Source: Hemiscyllium ocellatum (lineage: Eukaryota). Taken from it: 64,000 bases of DNA. The notes under the pieces were generated by a model. It searched no databases. It was not told the origin of the DNA and was given only the letters and a program-made list of their open reading frames with translations. Shown one piece after another: positions 1-12,254 of the stretch (position 1 is its first letter; each line of letters starts with the position of its first letter). The translations under genes and the position numbers were made by a program. Location: contig NC_083409.1 of assembly GCF_020745735.1 (NCBI RefSeq), positions 10,576,978 to 10,640,977 of the forward strand. Reading direction: 5' to 3'.

Positions 1-198
1 GTTCTGAAACCAAATGTTTCAATTAGATTCTGTGTAGACAGTTGGAAAGTGAATGTAGTCACAAAGATGGATTTGTACCCTATTCCCAGGTCAGGAGATT
101 GCATTGATAGGGTAGGTAGTGTGTCATTCTTATCCAAAATTGATTTGTTAAAAGTACCACTGACAACACGTGCAAAGGAAATTTCTGCATTTGCTGCA
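1..198 (+). mobile_element. Gypsy/Ty3 LTR-retrotransposon reverse transcriptase remnant
   Basis: Frame from base 1 reads VLKPNVSIRFCVDSWKVNVVTKMDLYPIPRSGDCIDRVGSVSFLSKIDLLK-VPLTTRAKEISAF, matching the Gypsy RT N-terminal motifs RFCVDYR.LN / YPIPRI.D / SKIDL; the GYWQ motif is deleted. Confidence 0.75.
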
Positions 199-329
199 TT
201 CTGAATCTTTGTATACAATGGAAAACTCAAATATATTCTAAACATTTTGGGATGACAGGGTATAGACTGATAGCAGCACTGAAGAAAACTAGTTTTATTA
301 GGGAGATGGTTTTGAAAATTTATGGATTA

Positions 330-2810
330 AATTCTGATAAATCCACAGGATCCAATAGTCTAAACCTCAGATTACTTCAGGAAATGCCCAGAATGTTTGG
401 AAACATTGATGTTCAATATTCTATACATTCTGGAATAATTCCCACTGACTGGAGAGTTGCTAATGTAACATCACTATTTAAAATGGGAGAGAGAGAGAAA
501 CTGGACAACTTAGACCAATCAGCCTGAAAATACTCGAGTCTATTATGAAAGATTTAATCACTGAAAGACAGTGACAGGATTAGACAGAGTCAGCATGGTT
601 TGTGGAAAGGGAAATCATGCTTAACAAATTGACTGGAATTGCTTGAGTATGTAAAGAGCAAATTTGACAAGAAGGAGGCAATTGACATGGTATATTTGGA
701 ACTTTTACAAGGTTTTTAATAAGTCCCACAGAAGAGAGCATAAAAATTAAGATTCATGGGACTGGGAGCAGTGTACTGACATGAATAGAGAACTGGTTGG
801 CAGGCAGGAAACAAAGATTAAAAATAAACTGGATTTTTTCTGAAATGTACCACAGGCCTGGATCCAGCTATTCACAATATTTGTTCATGGTTTAGATGAG
901 GGAACTTCAGAGTAATATCTCCAGGTTTACAGATGATACAAAGCTGAGTGGGAAGGGCAGCTGTGAGGAGGATGCAGAGATACCTCAGTGTGCTATGGAG
1001 ATGTTGAGTGATGGCAGATGAAATACAATGAAGTTAAATATGAGGTTACCCAGTTTAGTACCAAAAAGTGGAAGCAGATTATTATCTGAATGGTGATAGA
1101 TTGGGAATGGGGGAGATGCAATAAGGCCTGGGTGTCTGTGTATACCAGTCCTGAAAGTCAGCGTGAAGGTGCAGCAGGCAGTGCAGAAGGTAACTGATAA
1201 GTTACCTTCATAGTGAGAGGATTTGAGTACAGGAACAGGGATATCTTGCTGTAATTGTACGGAGCCTTAGCGAGACCACACCTGGTATATTCAAACCAAA
1301 ACTGGTTCAGTGACAGGGGACAGTGGGTGGAGGCAGAAAGTTGTTTATGTGACTGGGTCCAGTGTGCAGTGGGACACCACAGGGTTCAGTGCTGGGTCCC
1401 TTATTGTTCAGGATGTATTGAAACAATGAAGATGAGAATGTGAGAGGTGAGAGGTGGGGTGAGTGGATGATGACTGAATTTGTAATGACATGAGGTTTGG
1501 CAGATGGTTGACAGTGAGGAAGAAGGTCTTAGGTTGCAGGAGGATCTAACTGGATTGGTCAGATGGGCAGGTCAGAGTCAGATAGAACTTACCCCTGATA
1601 AATGTGAGGTGATGAACTTTGGAAGATGGAACAGATGAGGAAAATGTTTATGAAGTCAGATGTGATACTTGCCTTTATCACTTCAGGTATAGATTAGAAG
1701 ACCAGGGATGAGATGTTGGAGAATACAGAACTTTGGTTAGACCACAGCTGGAGTACTGTGTGCAGTTCTGGTCACCATGTGATCGGAAGGATGGGATTGT
1801 ACTGGAGGGAGTGCAGAGAGTAGTCACCAGGGTGTTGCTTGGGATGAAACATTTCACCGATGAAGGGAGGTTGGATAAACTCGGGTTGTTTTCTTTGAAG
1901 CAGAGAAGTTTGAAGGGGGACCTGATAGAGGTGTAAAAGGGTATGAGGGGAATGAGCAGAATGAAGAGAAAGTAGCTGTTCCCCTTACATGGAGTTGGCA
2001 CACATTCACTGTGAAAGACAGGAGTTTTAGAGGGGATTTGAGGAGCAGGTTTTTACTCAGAGGGTGGTGGGGGTCTGGTTTGCATTGCCTGGGATGGTAG
2101 TTGAGGTGGAAAATCTCACCATCTTTAAAATATACTTGGATGAACTCTTGAAATATCGTAACATTTAAAGCTATGGGTCTTGTGTTGGAAAGTTGGATGA
2201 ATGCAGGCTTAGTGTAGTTTGGCTGGTACAGGTTCAATGGGCCAAAGGGCCTATTCGAAACTGTGTGATTTTATGATTGTATTGTGTGCAGTTTTGGTCT
2301 CCTTATGTGAGGAAGGATGTTCTGGCTGTGGAGGGAGGGCAGTGCAGGTTTACCAGGCTGATTCCTGGGATGACAGCACTTAGATCTGATGAGAAACTGG
2401 ATCATTTAGGATTATATTCACTAGAGGTGAGAAGATTGAGGGGAGTCACATTGAAAACTCTAAAATCCCTAACAGGACAAGGCAGGATGTTCCTGATGAC
2501 TGGGGAGTCCAGAATCAAGGATTACAATTTAAGGATACGGGAAAGGCCATTTAGAGCTGAGATGGAGAGAAAGTTTTTTCATTCAGTGAGTGGGAAGCCT
2601 GCGGAAGTTTCTGTCACTGAAAGCAGTTGAACACAAATCAATAAATGTTTTCCAGAAAAAGCTATGCATAGTTCTTCGGAAGAAAGGGATCAAAGGTTAC
2701 GGGGAGAAAGCAGGAACATACGACTGAGTTGGATGATCAGCCATGATCATATTGAAAATTGGAACAGGCTCGAAGGGCTGAATGGCCTACTCGTGTTTTT
2801 AGTTTCACTG
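330..2810 (+). mobile_element. Stacked degenerate CR1 (HER1-like) LINE ORF2 fragments
   Basis: Broken frames with CR1 motifs (DWRVANVTSLFK, VRPQLEYCVQFWSP, RFTRLIPGM); many stops and indels. Confidence 0.8.
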
Positions 2811-3109
2811 TTTGAGAGACTGTTCATCAATGTGGAAACATAATGAGTTAGAGAAAAGCATTTGCCTTTGGTCAGGAATTAATTTGGAGAAAGGAGACAG
2901 AATGGAGGGATAACGTATGTGTCCTCCAATGAGCAAGATGTGAATAGTGGTGTCCCCAGGGATCTGTGCTGGGACCTCAGCTTCACACAATATTTCTCAA
3001 TGACTTGGATGAAGAAACAGAGAGTCATCTATCCAAGATTGCTGACCACACTGAGTGAGGCAGTTAGGAGGAGGTGACAGAGATGGGGAGGGTGGAAGGA
3101 CAAGGAGGG

Positions 3110-3325
3110 ACTTCAGAACAAGGATGAGAATTTGAAAATCGAGGTGTTGTTGGACCAGTAGCCAATGTTGCTCAGTGAGGACGGTGGAGGATGGGGATGG
3201 GACTTGGTGCAAGTTCGGATACGGGCAGCAGAGTTTGGGATGAGCTGAAGGTTACAGAGGGCAGTGGCTGAGATGTGGCCCAGGACAATATTAGAATGGT
3301 CATGTTTGGAGTCCCAAAGCAACGG
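3110..3325 (-). mobile_element. L2-clade LINE ORF2 C-terminal fragment
   Basis: Minus frames give LQLIPNSAARIRT and VLTEQHWLLVQQHLDFQIL, resembling the L2 C-terminal LQ.IQNAAAR....LHWLPV..RI.FKIL motif. Confidence 0.6.
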
Positions 3326-3439
3326 CTGAGGTTTTCAGTGAGTGATCTCTGTGATTGGAAGGGTTTGTGGGGGCTCAGATCAGCCTCAAAGATGAGGCCA
3401 GAATTGGGAGGAATCTGATACTAAATAAAAGCTGAAAAA

Positions 3440-4600
3440 GCTGTGTTTGTTGTAAATGAGGAACAAAAACTGAAATTGCTGGAAAGGCTCAGCAGGTCTG
3501 GCACCATCTGTGGAGAGAAAGCAGACCAGTTCCATCATAGAACACACCAGATGGCTTCTTTCTTTAGAGAACGCAATTTCCCTTCCCACGTGGTTAAAGA
3601 TGCCCTCCAACGCAATTCGTCCACATCCCGCACCTCCACCCTCAGACCCAACCCCTCCAACTGTAACAAGGACAGAACGCCCCTGGTGCTCACCTTCCAC
3701 CCTACAAGCCTTTGCATAAACCAAATCATCCGCCGACATCTCTGCCACCTCCAAAAGGACCCCACCACCGGGGATATATTTCCCTCCCCACCACTTTCCG
3801 CCTTCCGCAAAGACCATTCCCTCCGTGACTACCTGGTCAGGTCCACGCCTTCCTACAACCCACCCTCCCTCCTGGCACTTTCCCCTGCCACTGCAGGAAC
3901 TGTAAAACCTGTGCCCACACCTCCTCACTCACGTCTATCCAAGGACCTAAAGGAGAATTCCACATCCATCAAAGTTTTACCTGCACATCCACCAATATCA
4001 TTTATTGTATCGGTTGCTACCGATGCGGTCTCCTCTACATTGGGGAGACTGGGCGCCTCCTAGCAGAGCACTTTAGGGAACATCTCTGGGATACCCGCAC
4101 CAATCAACCACACCACCCCATGGCCTAACATTTCAACTCCCCCTCCCACTCTGCTGAGGACATGGAGGTCCTGGGCCTCCTTCACCGCCACTCCCTCACC
4201 ACCAGACGCCTGGAGGAAGAACGCCTCATCTTACACCTCGGAACACTTCAACCCCAGGGCATCAATGTGGACTTCAGCAGTTTCCTCATTTTCCCTTCCC
4301 CCACCTCATCCTAGTCCCCAACTTCCAGCTGTCCCCATGACTTGTCCGGACTTACCCTACCTGCCTGTCTCCTTTTTCACCTATCCACTCCACCCTCTCC
4401 TCCCTGACCTATCACCTTCATCCCCTCCCACACTCACCCATTGTACTCTATGCTACTTTCTCCCCACCCCCACCCTCCTCTAGCTTATCTCTCCACGCTT
4501 CAGGCTCACTGCCTTTATTCCTTATTAAGGGGTCTTAACGTCGATTTCGCTGCACTTTGGAAGCTGCCTGGACTGCTGTGCTCTTCCAGCACCACTAATC
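3440..4600 (+). mobile_element. 5'-truncated Penelope-like element (RT C-terminus/GIY-YIG part) with an inverted pLTR piece at its 5' end and a pLTR at its 3' end
   Basis: 3525-4270 is homologous to the better-preserved copy at 31958-33440 (HRTHQMASFF, RTPLVLTFHP, FPSPPLSAFRKDHSLRD); 3445-3524 is the reverse complement of a pLTR tail like that at 4680-4725. Confidence 0.8.
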
Positions 4601-5829
4601 CAGTTAACATTTTGGGACAAGTGAACCTTCTTCAGAACTGTTCTGAGCAAAGGTCACACCACCCGACATGTTAACGTTGATTTCTTTCCCCAGATGCCGC
4701 CAGACCTGCTGAGGTATTCTGTTTTTGTGAAGAGTCTGGTTGAGCAGCAGACAGTGCTCAGGGAGAGGGATGGAGGTTGTACCGGGACCTGAAGAGGATG
4801 GCTTTGATCTTCCCAATGTGTTTCCCAGTGAGCCTGGCTCCTCAGTCCTGACTGCTCTTAGCTGCTGTGATTGTCACTGATTGGACACTTATTATTAGAG
4901 ATTCTGACCACAGCAGAAAGCCCCAGTATAAAAAATAACTGCAAAGGCTGTCAGAGCATAAGGTTGAAACTTCACCGAGAGAGGAAGTGAAAGAAGGAGC
5001 TCGGAGCAGCTGGATGTTTGTTATTGTGATGGGGGAAAACTGTGAACGGTCTGCACTCCCTGGAATCTGACAGCACATAAGAACATTAAAACCAGGAGCA
5101 GGAGCAAGCTCTCTGGCCCCTGGGGCTGCTCTGCCATTCTGTAAGATCATGACTGATCTTTTCATGGCCTCAGCTCCCCCTACCCACCTTTTCACCAAAA
5201 CCCTTGATTCATTTTCTGTTCAAAAAATTACCTGTCTTAGCTTTAAAAACATTTACTGAGGAAACCTCAACCACTTCGCTGGGGAGGGAATTCCATAGAT
5301 TCACCACCCTCTGGGTGAAGAAGTTCCTTCTCAATTCAGTCCTAAATCTGCTCCCCCTAGCACACGAGGAGACCATTCAGCCCATCATGTCTGTGAGTGA
5401 TCCAATTAATCCCACTGCCCCTCCCTCTCCCATAACCCAGTAAATCTTTCCTTTTCAGCTCGATCTCTAGTTGCCTCTTGTAGAGAAGCAGAGCCTGTCC
5501 CTAACCTGGGCTCCAAATTGGCATCTCATCCATTCACCGTGAGACAAACTGCCTGGGCTGGGAAATGGATCAGGACCCTGAACATTCTCTCTCCCCTCCT
5601 GAGGGACACTTGATGATGAGGGATAGTTCCAAGGAGCCCTACAGTACACACTTCCCCATTCTGAGTGTAAAAGGCTGGAGCATGCCAGCAGGATATTCAA
5701 CTGCAGGAGCTATCATCTGTTTGATCAATTCTGACTACCCCCATTCTCCATAACCCTTCTAATCATTATTGATGGACAATCTCCTCCTTGGTGTGAGACA
5801 GGGAAGGGACTAGTCTGTTGCAGACAATT

Positions 5830-7660
5830 TGAAATTTACACAGCAAAGGTTGAAGAAGATCCAAAGGGACATTACAAATACATTAAGGACAAAAGGGTAA
5901 CTAGGGAGAGATTAGGGCCGCTCAAAGATCAGCTCGGTGGCCTTTGTTTGGAGCCGCAGGAGATGGGGGAGATACTGAACTAGTATTTTGTGGAAAAGGA
6001 AATGGGTGATATAGAATGGAGGGAAATAGATAGTGACGCCTTAAAAAATGGCCATATATCAGGGGAGGAAGTGCTGGATGTCTTGAAACGCATAAAAATG
6101 GATAAATCCTCAGGATCTGATCAGGTGTCCTGTAGAACTCTGTGGGAAGCTTGGGAAGTGATTGCTGGGCCTCTTGCTGAGATATTTGTATCATCAATAG
6201 TCACAGGTGAGGTGCTGGAAGTCTGGAAGTTGGCTAATGTGGTGCCACTGTTTAAGAAAGTTGGTAAGGACAGGCCAGGGAACTATAGACGAGTGAGCCT
6301 GACGTCTTGGTGAGCAAGTTGTTGTAGGGAATTCTGAGGGACTGGATGTACATGTATTTGGAAAGGCAAGGACTGATTAGGGATAGTCAACATGGCTTTC
6401 TGCCTGGAAAATCATGTCTCACAAACTTGATTGAGTCTTTTGAAGAAATAACAAAGAGGATTGATGAGGGCAGAATGGTAGACGGGATCTATACGGACTT
6501 CAGTAAGGCGTTCAACAAGATTCCCCATGGGAGACTGGTTAGCAAGGTAAGATCTCACCGAATACAGGGAGAACTGGCCATTTGAATACAGAAATGGCTT
6601 AAAAGTAGAAGACAGAGGGTGGTGTTGGAGAGTTGTTTTGCAGATTGGAGGCCTGTGACCAGTGGAGTGCCACAAAGATCATTGCTACTTTTCATCATTT
6701 ATATAAATGATTTGGATGTGTGCTAAAGAGGTAGAGTTAGTAAGTTTGCAAATGACACCAAAATTGGAGGTGTAGTGGACATCGAAGAAGGTTACCTCAG
6801 ATTACAATGGGATCTTGATCAGATGAGCCAATGGGCTGAGGAGTGGCAGATGGAGTTTGATTTAGATTAATGCTCCATTTTGGGAAAGCAAAACTTAGCA
6901 GGACTTATACACTTAATGGTATGGGTGTTTTGCTGAACAAAGAGACCTTGGAGTGCAGGTTCATAGCTCCTTGAAAGTAGAATCGCAGGTAGATAGGATA
7001 GTGAAGAAGGTGTTTGGTATGCTTTCCTTTATTGTTCAGAGTATTGAGAGCAGGGGTTGGGAGGTCATGTTGTGGCCTAACAGGACATTGCTTAGACCAA
7101 GTTTGGAATATTCTGTGCAATTCTGGTCTCCTTCCTTTCAGAAGGATGTTGTAAAACTTGAAAAGGTTCAGAAAAGATTTAAAAGGATGTTGCCAGGGTT
7201 TGAGGATTTGAGCTATAGGAAGAGGTTGAATGGGCTAGGGCTGTTTCCCTTGGAACGTTGTAGGCTGAGGAATGGCCTTTTGGGGGCTTACAAAATCATG
7301 AGGGGCATAAATAAGGTAGATAGACAAAGTTTTTTCCCGGGGGTAGGGGAGTCCAGAACTTGAGAGGTTACGTTTAGGGTGAGAGGGGAAAGATATAGAA
7401 GAGTATTGAGGGGCAACGTTTTCATGCATCAGGTGGTACGTCTATGGAATGGGCTGTCAGAGGAAGTGGTGGAGGCTGGTACAATTACAACATTTAAAAG
7501 ACATCTGGATGGGCATATGAATAGGAAGGGTTTGGACGGATATGGGCCGGGTGCTGGCAGGTGGGACTAGATTACGTTGGGATATCTGGTCGGCATGGAT
7601 GTGTTGGACCAAAGGGTCTGTTTCCGTGTTGTATATCTCTCTGACTCTATGACTCTAAGC
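5830..7660 (+). mobile_element. CR1 (HER1-like) LINE, 3' 1.8 kb of ORF2 plus 3' tail
   Basis: ORF pieces 5990-6313, 6346-6585, 6953-7363 and 7379-7570 carry RT motifs (GNYRRVSLTS, SQHGF, TDFSKAFNKIPH, KFANDTK); ends in a GACTCT(AT) tail. Confidence 0.88.
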
Positions 7661-7804
7661 TGGGAGAGTTTAGATATGGGATGAGCAGGAATAAAGGTTT
7701 CTGTGGTCATGGGGCTGATGTCGTGCATAGACGATCAATCTTGTGGAGATTGAAATAGAAGACCTCGTGATGGAGAGGATGTGGGGTTTGAAGTTCCAAT
7801 ATGG

Positions 7805-7985
7805 AGGGCCAGTGAGAAAGAGGCCCGTGCTCACTGCTGTCCATTAGACATCCCAGTGGGATGGAGGCCCATGGTTACTGATCTCTGTTGGATGGCCCAG
7901 TGGGAATGAGGTCCAGGTTTATTGGCGTCTTTTGGAGAGTCCAGATGGAAGGAGGCCCATGTTTACTGATCTCTGTTGGAGGTTC
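7805..7985. repeat. Degenerate minisatellite, about 43-bp unit (CCCAGTGGGATGGAGGCCCATGGTTACTGATCTCTGTTGGA), about 4 copies
   Basis: GAGGCCCATGGTTACTGATCTCTGTTGGA recurs nearly verbatim near 7864 and 7951; looser copies occur near 7805 and 7895. Confidence 0.65.
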
Positions 7986-8014
7986 CAATTGAGTTCCATG
8001 GAATTGGAATGTTG

Positions 8015-9000
8015 GCATTTCTTACAGCTATTAGAATCTTGGTATTTATTATAAAAGGACTGGATTACAGAATTAAGGAAATATTGTTACAATTCTGTGA
8101 GGCATTGGTGAGACCACATCTGAAGTATTGTGTCCAGTTTTGGTCTCCTTATTTGATGAAGGATATGGTGGCACTGGATGCAGTTCAGAGGATATTCACC
8201 AGACTGATTCCCGGGATGAAAGGGCTGTCGTATGAGGAATAGTTGAATAGCTTGGGCTTATACTCACTGGAATTCAGTCGCATGACAGGGGATCTGAGCG
8301 AGGAAAATAAGATGCTAAAGGGGACTGATAAGTCAGACATGGAACAGATGTCCCTCCTGTGGGACAGTCTCGAACAATAGGTCATAGATATAGAATGGGT
8401 GAGGTAGGTTCAAAACTGTGATGTGGATAAACTACAATGGCATGGTGGTGCAGTGTTAGCACTACTGCCTCACAGTTCAGGGAGCTGCGTTTGATCCCAC
8501 CCTTGGGCAGCTGTGTGGAGTTTGTAGATTCTCCCCCTATCTGTGGGGGTTTTATCTGGGTGCTGCTCCCACAGTTGAAAGATGTATGTACTTGGAGGAT
8601 TGGCTATGCTAAATTTCCCATTGTGTTCAGGGATGTGTAGGTTAGGTTCATTAGTCATGGGAAATGTAGGGTTACAGGGAAAGGGTAAGGGGATGGGTCT
8701 GGGTGGAATGCTCTTTGAAGGGCCGCTATGGACCTGTTGGGCCAAATGACCTGTCTCTATACTGAAGGGATTCTATTCTATTGTAAGGCGTTCTCTCAGA
8801 GGGTTGAGAATCTGTGGAAGTCACTGCCCCCAGAGCACAGTGGAGGCAAAGTCAATCAACAGATTCAATAAAGAAGCAGATATCTTTCTGATGAAAAGCA
8901 GGATAGAGGGCAATAGGGAGCAGTCTGGAAAGTGGAGAGGAGGATAAGGTCAGGCAAGATCAGGGCTCGAAGGACTGAATTATCTCTTCCTGGTCCTCAT
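8015..9000 (+). mobile_element. CR1 3' fragment interrupted by an HE1 SINE
   Basis: VRPHLKYCVQFWSP...RLIPGMKG; the HE1 copy occupies 8439-8780. Confidence 0.7.
8439..8780 (+). mobile_element. HE1-type V-SINE (older copy)
   Basis: tRNA-like head, V-core, CR1-like 3' tail. Confidence 0.7.
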
Positions 9001-9019
9001 TCCAAAGTTGGAGGGAAGG

Positions 9020-9790
9020 AAGCTGAGAGTGTGAGAGATAGATGGAGGTAAGGGTAATGGAGATCGGTCGGAGAGGAGGGTGGAGAGGATAGGTGGGAAG
9101 GAAGATTGACAGATGGGACAGGTCATGTGGGGACAGATGGGACAGTGCCGAGTTGAAAGATTGAAACTAGGATAAGATGGGGAGAGGGGAAACGTGGAAC
9201 CTGGTAAAATTCACATTGATGCCGTGGGGTTGGAGGGTCCTGAGGCAGAAGATGAGGTGTTCTTCCTCCAGGTGTCGGGTGGCTAGGAAGTGGTGATGTA
9301 GGAGGCCCATGACCTACATGTCCTTGGCAGAGTAGGAGGCAGAGTTGAAGTGTTTGGCCAGGGGGCGGTGAGGTTGGTTGGTGCGAGTGTCCGGAGAAGT
9401 TCTCTGAAGCATTCTGCTCGAAGACATCCTGTCTCCTCAATTAGAAGAGACCGCATTGGGAGCAACGGATACAGTAAATGACACATGTGGAAGTGCAGGT
9501 GGAACTTTGATGGATGTGGAAGGCTCCTTTGGAGTTTTGGACAGAGATAAGGGGGGTGTTGTGGGCTCAGGTTTCTTTGGTGGCAGGGGAAGGTGCCGAG
9601 TGGGGACGGTGGATTGGTGGTGGACCTGATGAGTGAGTCACAGAAGGAATGGTCTTTATGGAAAGCAGATAGGGATGGGAAGGGAAATATATCTCTGTTG
9701 CTGGCATCTGTTTATAGGTGGCAGAAATAACGGAGGATGATGCAATGTATACGAAGGTCAGTGGGGTGGAAGGTGAGGACCAGGAGGGTT
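9020..9790 (-). mobile_element. Penelope-like element fragment
   Basis: Reverse complement of the C-rich PLE body/3' region seen at 32550-33300. Confidence 0.75.
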
Positions 9791-10194
9791 CTTACCTTGA
9801 CAGTAAAACTGGAGCTTGACCATGGAAGGGGAAGGAGAGGAGAAGGTATTGGAACATGTTATGAATGGACAGGATGGGTCAGTGGGTCAGAACCTGTCCT
9901 GTCCCTCCAATTCACACTCATGGCCTGAGGATCTCCTCTCTCTGCTGAGCCTTCATGGAATGAGGTTTGCGTCTGAACCAGTCCCCAGTGAGAATAAGCC
10001 AACAGCACAAAACTGCCCTTCATTTGGCAAGAATATGTCTGTCTTCCTGAGAGATACCAAAGCCTGGTCAATGTGGGAAATGGGACCTTCCTCCAGGAGA
10101 AGACATGCTTCTGGGGTCAAGGGTTAACACCTATTGGTGGTTCAAAGCAGAGGGAGATTTACCCTGTATTTAACTGTTACCACCTGGGATGTTG

Positions 10195-10510
10195 TGGGAA
10201 AGAAAGAGAGAGGGAGATAGAGTAAGACAGAGAGAGAAAGAGAGAGAGGGAGAGGGCCATTTGGAGAGAGAGAGTGAGAGAGAGAGAGGGAGAGAGAGAA
10301 GGACAGGGTGTGAATGAGATAGAGGTAGAGTGAGCCTGAGGAAATGTAAGATGAGCAAAAGTAGAGAGGGAGAGGGACAGAGAGTTAGAGGGAGGTAGAG
10401 ATGGTGGGGTTGAATAATAGAAACAGAGAGAAAGAGAGAGAGAGAGAATGAGATAGAGTATGAAACAGTGTGACTGAGGGAGAGGAGAGAGAGAGAGAGA
10501 AAGATGCAAA
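10195..10510. repeat. Degenerate (GA)n polypurine tract
   Basis: About 315 nt of nearly pure AG sequence on the + strand. Confidence 0.85.
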
Positions 10511-10842
10511 GTAGGTGTGAGACTAGGAGTAAAGAGAATCTAGTGAAAGAGACATTATGAGAAGAATATGACTGTACTCGAGAGGATGCAGAGATTTCCC
10601 AGGATGCTGCCTGGCCTGGAGGGTCTGAGCTGTGAGGAAGGATTGGAAAGGCTGTGTTTGTTTATCTTGGAGCAGTGAAGGTTGAAAGGGGACCTAATAA
10701 AGAGCTATAAGATTATGAGGGGCAGAGATATAGTGGACAAGAAGTCAATTTTTCCATGAGTAGAGGAATCAATACCCAGGGGCAGAGATTGAAGATATCA
10801 CAGACGTACATAGATAGAAACAGGGAGCAGGAGTAATGTTCT

Positions 10843-11665
10843 GGTTAGGGTACGGGTTAGGTTACGGGTTAGGGTTTGGGTTTGGTTAGGGTTCGGGTTA
10901 GGTTTTGGGTTAGAGTTTGGGTTAGAGTTGGGGTAGGGGTTGGGGTTGGGGTTGGGGTTGGGGTTTGGGTTTGGGTTTGGGTTGCGGTATAGGTTAGGTT
11001 TAGGGTTGGGGTTAGGGTTAGCGTTTGGGTTTGGGTTCAGGTTAGGGTTTGGGTTCGGGTTTGGGTTTGTGTTAGGGTTCGGGTTTGAGTTAGGTTTTGG
11101 GTTAGAGTTTGGGTTATGGTTGGGGTTGGGGTTGGGGTTTGGGTTTGGGTTAGGGTTAGGGTTAGGGTTACGGTTTAGGTTAGGGTATGGATTAGGGTTC
11201 GGGTTCAGGTTCGNNNNNNNNNNNNNNNNNNNNNNNNNNNNNNNNNNNNNNNNNNNNNNNNNNNNNNNNNNNNNNNNNNNNNNNNNNNNNNNNNNNNNNN
11301 NNNNNNNNNNNNNNNNNNNNNNNNNNNNNNNNNNNNNNNNNNNNNNNNNNNNNNNNNNNNNNNNNNNNNNNNNTGGGTAAGGTTTCAGGTTCAGGTTCGG
11401 GTTAGGGTTGGGTTTTGTGTTAGGGTTAGGGTTAGGGTTTGTGTTCGGGTTAGGATTAGGGTTTGGGTTTGGGTTAGGGTATGGGTTAGGGTTAGGGTTT
11501 GGAATTAGGGTTAGGGTTTGGGTTAGGGTTAGGGTTAGGGTTAGGGTTTGGGTTAGGGTACGGGTTAGGGTTCGGGTTCAGGTTCAGGTTAGGGTTGGGT
11601 TCTGGGTTATGGTTAGTGTTAGGGTTAGTGTTCGGGTTAGGATTAGGGTTTAGGTTTGGGTTTGG
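10843..11665 (+). repeat. Interstitial telomeric-type array: TTAGGG mixed with variants (TTTGGG, TTCGGG, TTGGGG, TATGGG, TACGGG, TTCAGG)
   Basis: Direct reading; the G-rich strand is + on both sides of the gap; (GGGTTA)n runs occur, e.g. near 11523-11546. Confidence 0.93.
11214..11373. other. Assembly gap (160 N) inside the telomeric array
   Basis: Run of n. Confidence 0.99.
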
Positions 11666-11785
11666 TCTTGTGAGGCTGCTCTGTCATTCAATATGATCCT
11701 GGCTGATCCTCTCCCTCAATGCCAAGGTGGGATTAGCGTTAATGACTTTTGCAAGTTGTTCAATGCTGTTCATGTCATTGAGCTT

Positions 11786-12074
11786 CTGATTGAGAGATAG
11801 AGAGACAGAAGACAGAGAGTGGGGGAGAGAGAGAGAGAGAGAGAGAGCGAGAGAACAAGTGCACATTGTGAGATTGAGTGAGAGAGGGCGAGGCATTTAG
11901 CTGCTGCCCCATGACTCAGTGTTCCAATGTTCTGGAACAACACCTGCTATAGAGATCAGTTAGAGAGTGACTGGAGGGAGAGAGACAAGGATGGAGTGAG
12001 GCAATGAGAGATTGTGGGGGCGAGTGAGGAAACAGGTAGAAAGATAAGTGATGGAGAGGAATGGATGATCAGAC

Positions 12075-12105
<31 letters not shown>

Positions 12106-12250
12106 CCAACCAATACAGAAGGAAAGGGAGATCAAAAGAAAAAGAGGGAGTAAGTCAATGAACAACAGGATTATATTCAAGAGAAAGGTGAAAAAGAGAT
12201 AGAAGGGAAAAGGGTGGGAGGAACTAGGGAAGGATGAGAGAGAGAGAGTA
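11786..12250. repeat. Degenerate (GA)n polypurine tract upstream of the V promoter
   Basis: Runs of GAGAGA at 11825-11850 and 12075-12097 in purine-rich context. Confidence 0.8.
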
Positions 12251-12254
12251 AAAA

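Noticed and set aside
10843-11665. Chromosome-fusion relic interpretation of the telomeric array
   Set aside because: Single orientation on both sides of the gap, and the flanks are two halves of one CR1 tail; only the 160 N are unseen
10940-11696. Poly-GL/VR ORFs
   Set aside because: Translation of the telomeric hexamer array; no start context or splice evidence
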